The notes under the pieces are model-generated. The model was not told the origin of the DNA. It saw nothing but the letters and a program-made list of their open reading frames with translations, and made no database searches. From an uncultured Chitinophaga sp. (GTDB taxonomy: Bacteria > Bacteroidota > Bacteroidia > Bacteroidales > GCA-2748055), in assembly GCA_964404825.1 (NCBI GenBank), contig CAYOLQ010000009.1:1-63707 (forward strand): a stretch of DNA of 63,707 nt, read 5' to 3'. A program made the translations under genes and the position numbers. Of the stretch, positions 57,988-63,707 are shown piece by piece. Positions within the stretch are counted from its first letter, which is position 1; every line of letters begins with the position of its first letter.

Positions 57988-59146
57988 CTACCAGTTCTCC
58001 TTTCCCGATATTATTTACACCCAGAGGGATTTTCATAAACCCATTCGCAGATCCAAATACGAATATATGCGCTGAACCGTGATATTCGACTGCTTTTACA
58101 GTTCCGTCGGCATTAACCAGAACAGGTACAAAATTCACTCTTGAGGCATTTTTATTGAAATATTCTTCCTGAATTGTTCTTTTTTCCATTACAGGCAATT
58201 CTGAAGCGTTCTGAAGTTTAAAAAGAAGAGGTTTTACAAGCAACTCAAACTGGAGCAGTGCGGATACCGGATTCCCGGGAAGTCCAAAAATATATCGCTC
58301 ATTTTTAGTTGCAAATAGAATTCTTTTTCCGGGTTTTACCTCCAAACCATGAAAATGAATTTTGAAACCAAGTTCTTTTAAGATATCCGGAACATAGTCG
58401 AAATCCCCAACCGAAACTCCCCCGGAAATAACTGTAACTGAATTTCTTTCAGCAGAATTGGTGATGGTTTTTGTGAGTTCCTTCCTCGAATCGGGAATAA
58501 TACCATAATCTTTTGATTCTATATGCATTTCACTGCATTGTGCCAGGAGCTGAGGCCCGTTGCTGTTGCGAATCTGACCGGACGCAGGTTTTGCAGATGG
58601 ATCGACCAGTTCACTGCCGGTACAGATGATTCCAACCAAAGGTTTTTTATACACAAGTGGATGGGAATAGCCCATTGATGCCAGAACAGGGATATGCCTG
58701 GGTTTAAGAAATGTACCTGAGGAGAGCAGAGTATCTCCCTCCTTTACATCCTCAGCAAAATAACAGATATTGGAAGATGTTTTCTGAGCCATGAAAAGGA
58801 TATTTCCCTGAGGATCAGTTTTAGTTTCTTCAATCATAATGACGCAATCAGCGCCCGGGGGAACTTCAGCACCAGTCATAGTTCTTGAGCAAAGACCTTC
58901 GAAAACCGTCATGTTTGGTGGACTTCCGGCAGCAATTGTCTCGATACACCGGAGTGGTTTCCCGAGATCTTCGCGACGGCAGGCAAAGCCATCCACGGCA
59001 GATTTATTGAAAGGAGGCATATTCATATCGGCTATGATATCCTCTGCAAGCACATGAAAAAGAGATTCTGAAAGGGCCTTCCTTTCTGTTTCTCTCAGGG
59101 GAGGGACCTCCCGGACAATTTTTTCAGCTTCATGAAATAGGATCAT
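57971..59146 (-). CDS. moeA: molybdopterin molybdotransferase
   Basis: 391 aa. MoeA N-domain, MoCF-binding domain (ISGGVSVGDFDYV) and C-terminal domain. Confidence 0.88.
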   Translation of the reverse strand: MILFHEAEKIVREVPPLRETERKALSESLFHVLAEDIIADMNMPPFNKSAVDGFACRREDLGKPLRCIETIAAGSPPNMTVFEGLCSRTMTGAEVPPGADCVIMIEETKTDPQGNILFMAQKTSSNICYFAEDVKEGDTLLSSGTFLKPRHIPVLASMGYSHPLVYKKPLVGIICTGSELVDPSAKPASGQIRNSNGPQLLAQCSEMHIESKDYGIIPDSRKELTKTITNSAERNSVTVISGGVSVGDFDYVPDILKELGFKIHFHGLEVKPGKRILFATKNERYIFGLPGNPVSALLQFELLVKPLLFKLQNASELPVMEKRTIQEEYFNKNASRVNFVPVLVNADGTVKAVEYHGSAHIFVFGSANGFMKIPLGVNNIGKGELVDVRLI

Positions 59147-59147
59147 A

Positions 59148-59678
59148 TCATTGTTTTATTTGCCAACGGTTGTTTTTAAAGAGCAGGTTTTTTTCGATTT
59201 CTTCATAGTTAATATCTGAAGGGGATATGATTTTGTCTGCCAGAATTTCAAGAGAATTAATGCCGGGTTTTATACTTTTTGCATCATCCTTAATGAGGAA
59301 ATAAATACCGGGAACGATTAAATGTCTGAGTCCGCCTGATTCGCAGATAACCGGACGATTGTGAGTGAAAGCATTCAGAGCAGATAAGATATCAGGCAGG
59401 CGGAAATCGGGACCCTGCGCATAGAATGATGATTCTGCACCGGACTGCAGCATTTTTGAGCTGTCTTTCTGACTTATCAGGGTTTCCCGGATTACAGAAA
59501 AATCCTCCCCTCGGACGATCCATTCCGAGTCTTCAGGTAAATGATGAAGGTGAGAGGATATTTTTACAGCGACTGGTTTCATATGCGACCATTCCCTGAT
59601 AATCCGGCATGAAAGCGTTGTTTTGCCGACATTTCTGCCGGAGCCTGATATTAGCAGCCAGTTTGGAAGTGTCGTCAT
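59148..59678 (-). CDS. MobB-like P-loop protein (molybdopterin-guanine dinucleotide biosynthesis adaptor-like)
   Basis: 176 aa. P-loop ISGSGRNVGKTTL. Its position inside the Moco operon supports the call, but similarity beyond the P-loop was not assessed. Confidence 0.55.
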   Translation of the reverse strand: MTTLPNWLLISGSGRNVGKTTLSCRIIREWSHMKPVAVKISSHLHHLPEDSEWIVRGEDFSVIRETLISQKDSSKMLQSGAESSFYAQGPDFRLPDILSALNAFTHNRPVICESGGLRHLIVPGIYFLIKDDAKSIKPGINSLEILADKIISPSDINYEEIEKNLLFKNNRWQIKQ

Positions 59679-60409
59679 CAGAAAATTAATAGTTTAATAC
59701 TAGCAAGCAATAAAACTCCCGCAAGAAGATATTTCAGGCTTTTAACAGGGATGCGGTATGTACCGGCCCACGAGCCCAGGATTCCACCGGCAATTGCAAT
59801 AACGGTCATCGGGATTATCTGTTCAGCCATCCGGGCACTTCCAGTATAAATAAAAGTTGATGCAAGTCCGCTGGCAGAATTCAGGAAAATAAAGGCGGCA
59901 GACGCAGCTGCTGCTTCGCGGAGCGTGGCCCATCGGAGTAGGATAAGCAGCGGGCTGAGGATAATTCCCCCTCCGATTCCGATCATTCCTGAGAAAAACC
60001 CAAGAACAGCACCTGTAATTATTGCAAAGGGGAGAGGGAGATTTCGTGTTTGTCCTTCTAATGTAGTGGTTTGAAGTATCATTCTGAGGGTTGCGAGAAA
60101 AAGAAAAACGCCAAGTATGATTTTGTACACTCCCGGATTTACCTGTAAAGATGCCCCCAGCCATGCCATGGGAACAGAAGCGATTACAAGTGGGAGGATT
60201 AATTTCGGACGTAAATATCCCCCGCGATAAAAACTTACAAATGAAATTCCGGAAACGAAAAGATTTAGGGAAAGAGCAGAAGTTTTCATCACCACGGTTT
60301 CAAATCCCCAGATAGCCATAATAGCAAGATATCCGCTTGCTCCCCCGTGTCCAACGGAGCTGTAAAGAAAAGCGATAATAAATACAACCAGGAGAAAAAG
60401 CCAGTCCAT
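59678..60409 (-). CDS. TauE/SafE-family anion permease (TSUP), first gene after the Moco riboswitch
   Basis: 243 aa with 7-8 TM helices. Duplicated G-rich motifs (GHGGASGYL and GIGGGIILSPLL) are typical of the family. Confidence 0.8.
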   Translation of the reverse strand: MDWLFLLVVFIIAFLYSSVGHGGASGYLAIMAIWGFETVVMKTSALSLNLFVSGISFVSFYRGGYLRPKLILPLVIASVPMAWLGASLQVNPGVYKIILGVFLFLATLRMILQTTTLEGQTRNLPLPFAIITGAVLGFFSGMIGIGGGIILSPLLILLRWATLREAAAASAAFIFLNSASGLASTFIYTGSARMAEQIIPMTVIAIAGGILGSWAGTYRIPVKSLKYLLAGVLLLASIKLLIF

Positions 60410-60520
60410 TACTAATGATTTAAATATTTCTCAGGAATAATTCCATTGGAAATGACAGGACCGGCCGGATAAGAATTGAAAATACAGGTAACTGGAATCC
60501 CCGCAAAACAGAGAATCCAT

Positions 60521-60634
60521 TCACCCCTTTCCAATTCGGGAACAATTTGTTCCGTCGGGAGGCCCGGTTGTTTCCTTCCTGACCCGCGTCCCTGTTAGCA
60601 TAGAATGATCCTTAGCAAACAGGGCTCGAGGTGT
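60521..60634 (-). promoter_or_regulatory. molybdenum-cofactor (Moco) riboswitch
   Basis: The minus strand reads ACACCUCGAGCCCUG...(hairpin ccctgtt/aacaggg)...GGGCCUCCCGACGGAAC...GUUCCCGAAUUGGAAAGGGGUGA. This matches the conserved CACUCUAGCCUCUG...GCCUCCCG...GGAAAGGUGU blocks I recall from the E. coli moaA leader. Confidence 0.75.
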
Positions 60635-60738
60635 TTAATTAAAGTGGCAAATTAAGGAATATTTTTGAAATGGAGAGTAAATTATACTTATTTAGACAGA
60701 TATGTAGATATGTTTGCTTAGGAAGTTCATTATAATTT

Positions 60739-62259
60739 TTACAAGCCTTTGAATTGCAGGGTTTCTGACAAGGGTGTTTTAAGGATTTTACTTTCTATCC
60801 AGGCGGTGAAGTCAAAGATTTTGATAACCTGCTGCTCAAAAATGTCATTGTGTAATTCATCAATTTCAGGAGATAGGCGGGACCAGAATTCCTCTCTTTT
60901 TTGACTAATTGCAGGCAGGTTCTGTTTATTCACAAAATTAAGCATGATACGTTCGATTCTATAACCCTTTTCGATTTCAAGTATTTCACGGCGAAGTGAG
61001 CGCGTCTCTGATTTGATGAGATCAGCTTCTTTCATTTCATATAGAAGCATGAGGTTTACCAGACGGATTGTGCGGTAAAGGGGCAGGTTATAATAGTTCC
61101 TTCCTATCAGGATAATTTGGTTAAGGGCTTCCCGGGCTTTGTGAAAATCTTTCAGTCCGATATATACAAGAGCTGTGTAGAGGTTAATTTCTGCAAGACG
61201 GGGAAGGCTTAACAAATGCATTTTTGTAAAAAGAGGTTCCTTATATTTTATAATCAGCGTTTCGCAGTTATTAAAATTCCCATTGTCAAGATATGGAAAC
61301 AATTCATAAAGAAAGCATAGGCTGCTGACATTTGCCTTGAAATTTACAGAAGGGCTGGTAAGCTTTTTAAGTTGGTCGACAAAATATTTCATGCCCTCGT
61401 AGTTTTTAATTCCCCTAAGGCTTTCCAATACTCCTTCTAATGTAAGCAGGTAATAAACGGGGGGATTAGCCAGCAGATGTTTATTGCTTTCAAAGAGGGA
61501 ATTCAGCTCGTAATAAGCCCGCAGTGCTGATTTGTGATCTCCTACGCTGATGAGGTAATTTGCCTGGAAAAGCTGATGAAGTTTTTTTATCTCGAAGTTT
61601 TCAAGATTCGAGGAGGCGACAATACTCATTTCACTAACAACAAGATCGTTAAGTTCTGTTTTTTGTTTTTCGGATCTCACACTTCCTTTATAGATAATCC
61701 GATGTTTTAAAAGTTCGTACAAAGATGATTGCTGATTGACCTTCTGAATAAACCGGAGGGTTTCGTTAATGGCAAATTGCTTGTTTAAAAGAGTTTTCTC
61801 ATCAATATCAGGAAGATTCAGAAACAGCAGGTATTCAAGTTCAAGCCTGGAAGCAATCAGCAAAGCGCTAAAATTCTCCAGCTTTCTCGCCTTTTCAATT
61901 ACCTGATGAAGGAGATTGAAACATTCCGTGAACAGGGTTTTTTCGAACAGAATTCTGGCTTTAAGAATTTTATTATGCAGGGAATAGTGCCCGTCCTGCT
62001 CCTCCCTGAGTTCAAGCATGCTATCTAATAACCTCTTATAAAGGTATTTAACTGTGGTGTCATAAGATGCGCCCGGGAGAGACTCAAGAAATTGTTTCCG
62101 AAGGGATTCGGAAGTTACGCTCTTGTCTTTCAGTATGATATGATACATAATGAGATAACCGGGAGTTGTTCCTGAACCTGATGAGGCAATTGTAAAAGCT
62201 TTTTTTTCGGGTTTCGACATGGAATTAATAAGAAAAATAAGCGCTTCAGATTTTATCAT
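60739..62259 (-). CDS. large all-helical (TPR-like) cytoplasmic protein, function unknown
   Basis: 506-aa ORF with no signal peptide and helical-repeat composition. No catalytic or DNA-binding motif recognised. Confidence 0.6.
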   Translation of the reverse strand: MIKSEALIFLINSMSKPEKKAFTIASSGSGTTPGYLIMYHIILKDKSVTSESLRKQFLESLPGASYDTTVKYLYKRLLDSMLELREEQDGHYSLHNKILKARILFEKTLFTECFNLLHQVIEKARKLENFSALLIASRLELEYLLFLNLPDIDEKTLLNKQFAINETLRFIQKVNQQSSLYELLKHRIIYKGSVRSEKQKTELNDLVVSEMSIVASSNLENFEIKKLHQLFQANYLISVGDHKSALRAYYELNSLFESNKHLLANPPVYYLLTLEGVLESLRGIKNYEGMKYFVDQLKKLTSPSVNFKANVSSLCFLYELFPYLDNGNFNNCETLIIKYKEPLFTKMHLLSLPRLAEINLYTALVYIGLKDFHKAREALNQIILIGRNYYNLPLYRTIRLVNLMLLYEMKEADLIKSETRSLRREILEIEKGYRIERIMLNFVNKQNLPAISQKREEFWSRLSPEIDELHNDIFEQQVIKIFDFTAWIESKILKTPLSETLQFKGL

Positions 62260-62481
62260 AATGTTAAAATTTGTGTTTTACAATATCCATTAAACATTTA
62301 TAATTATTATATTCTTTAATAAATTTCAATAGTGTAAATTTATATATAGCATATTATCAATACAATAGTAATATTTATTAATTAAACACAGTATTTTAAA
62401 ATTACTATTTTTCCATTTTTATTGTACATTTTCGGTATTTGTATTCCATATATTTGTCCCGTACCCTCAAATTGAACTAAG

Positions 62482-63396
62482 ATGCAAACAAAGAAAATTA
62501 TTGTTATCGGGAGTTGTAATACGGATATGGTAATAAAAGCTGACCGTCTCCCCATTCCCGGAGAAACCGTTATTGGTGGAACATTTCTCATGAACCCGGG
62601 AGGCAAAGGAGCCAACCAGGCAGTTGCCGCGGCCCGCATGGGCGGAAAAGTGACCTTTATTTCAAAAACAGGTAATGATGTTTTTGGCCGGCAGTCAGTT
62701 GAGCTTTATAATTCTGAGGGCATAAACACTGAGTATATATTTTCCGATCCGAAAAATCCTTCCGGAGTGGCCCTGATTACCGTTGATGCAAATGGTGAGA
62801 ACTGCATTGTTGTGGCATCCGGTGCAAATGCCAGTCTTAGTCCTGCTGACATTGAAAGCTCAAAATCCGAAATCGAAACTGCCGATCTTGTGTTGATGCA
62901 GCTTGAAATCCCTATTGAAACAGTTGAATATGCTGCTGAGATGGCTCATAACAAAGGTATTCCCGTTATTCTTAACCCGGCACCTGCCCGTGCTCTTTCT
63001 GAAAAACTCCTGAAGCGACTCTATATGATCACCCCTAACAAGACTGAAGCTGAAATCCTTTCGGGTATTAAAGTGTCAGACTGGGAACGTGCCAGGAAAG
63101 CAGCCGATGTAATCAGCTCAAAAGGAGTTGATATTGTGGTGATTACTCTTGGCTCATTAGGAGCTTTTATCAAAGAAAATAATAATTATCATAAGGTAGA
63201 AGCAACTCATGTTAAAGCTGTTGATACCACCGCTGCGGGTGACTGCTTTTCAGGATCATTATGTGTAGGGCTTTCGGAGGGATTATCAATTGTAGATTCT
63301 GTAAGGATGGCAGCAAAAGCTTCTGCATTAACTGTAACAAGAATGGGAGCGCAGTCTTCAATCCCTTTCAGAAAAGAATTGTCGGCAATAGAGTAA
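62482..63396 (+). CDS. rbsK: ribokinase
   Basis: 304 aa. VIGSCNTDMV, NPGGKGANQAVAAARMG and DTTAAGDCF (PfkB signatures). Confidence 0.92.
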   Translation: MQTKKIIVIGSCNTDMVIKADRLPIPGETVIGGTFLMNPGGKGANQAVAAARMGGKVTFISKTGNDVFGRQSVELYNSEGINTEYIFSDPKNPSGVALITVDANGENCIVVASGANASLSPADIESSKSEIETADLVLMQLEIPIETVEYAAEMAHNKGIPVILNPAPARALSEKLLKRLYMITPNKTEAEILSGIKVSDWERARKAADVISSKGVDIVVITLGSLGAFIKENNNYHKVEATHVKAVDTTAAGDCFSGSLCVGLSEGLSIVDSVRMAAKASALTVTRMGAQSSIPFRKELSAIE

Positions 63397-63420
63397 ATTT
63401 ATTTTTAAAAGCAAAGGAAT

Positions 63421-63707
63421 ATGAAAATAGACTTCATTTTTTCGCGAACAAAGAATTACCTGATAATACTCATTCTTTCCTTTTTGAATTTCAGCATAAT
63501 CATTGATGCTTCAGCCCAGGATGCACAACACCGGACCATTACAGGTATGGTAAGTGACGCCTCTACCGGCAATCCACTCCCCGGAGTGAATGTAACCGTC
63601 AAGGGTACTCAAACCGGAACGATAACAAATCTTGAAGGAAAATATTCAATATCCGCACCACAGGGCTCAGTTATTGTATTTTCCTTTATTGGATATCAAA
63701 TTACTGA
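63421..63707 (+). CDS. SusC/RagA-type TonB-linked outer-membrane protein, N-terminal fragment (runs off the window)
   Basis: Signal peptide, then the carboxypeptidase-regulatory-like domain ITGMVSDASTGNPLPGVNVTVKGTQTGTITNLEGKYSI. Confidence 0.85.
   Translation, partial: MKIDFIFSRTKNYLIILILSFLNFSIIIDASAQDAQHRTITGMVSDASTGNPLPGVNVTVKGTQTGTITNLEGKYSISAPQGSVIVFSFIGYQIT

Noticed and set aside
62382-62639. 85-aa minus-strand ORF overlapping the rbsK start
   Set aside because: It overlaps the well-supported ribokinase N-terminus on the opposite strand and extends into the AT-rich promoter spacer. It has no protein-like features.
1-63707. CRISPR arrays, IS elements, integrons and rRNA operons
   Set aside because: None was seen. 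There are no regularly spaced direct repeats, transposase or integrase ORFs, or rRNA-like sequence on either strand.

Overview
AT-rich chromosomal segment that reads as Bacteroidota. The evidence is TAnnTTTG -7 boxes just upstream of start codons, a SusC-type and a BtuB-type TonB-dependent receptor, T9SS-type C-terminal sorting tails, many lipoproteins, and tight ATGA/GTGA gene junctions. Most of the window is housekeeping: purD, hflX, asd, lpxK, sppA, folK, radC, rpsT, PNP, one tRNA-Ala(GGC), a GH2/GntP pair, and PhoD-like and Gfo/Idh/MocA enzymes. Two riboswitch-controlled loci can be read directly from the sequence. One is a cobalamin riboswitch (about 48411-48615, +) ahead of a three-gene outer-membrane corrinoid-uptake-like locus. 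The other is a Moco riboswitch (about 60521-60634, -) ahead of a TauE-family permease and molybdenum-cofactor genes. The stand-out is a roughly 14 kb, ten-gene, minus-strand cluster (18539 down to 4632). Its gene order is CheR, an MCP-like TM-HAMP sensor whose signalling domain is replaced by GAF-PAS-PAS, a degenerate CheR, CheB, a membrane GAF protein, a TM-GAF-PAS-PAS-PP2C phosphatase, a SiaB-like kinase and a SiaC-like (DUF1987) phosphoprotein. These are followed, with a start/stop overlap, by a 1322-aa ABC-ATPase/permease that has a TerB-like N-terminus and an in-frame C-terminal lipoprotein-like module, then a small secreted protein. No CheA/CheW/CheY/MCP signalling domain, diguanylate cyclase or sigma factor is present. 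I therefore flag the cluster as a candidate undescribed methylation-plus-partner-switch pathway that controls a transporter. No transposase, integrase, CRISPR array or rRNA was seen.
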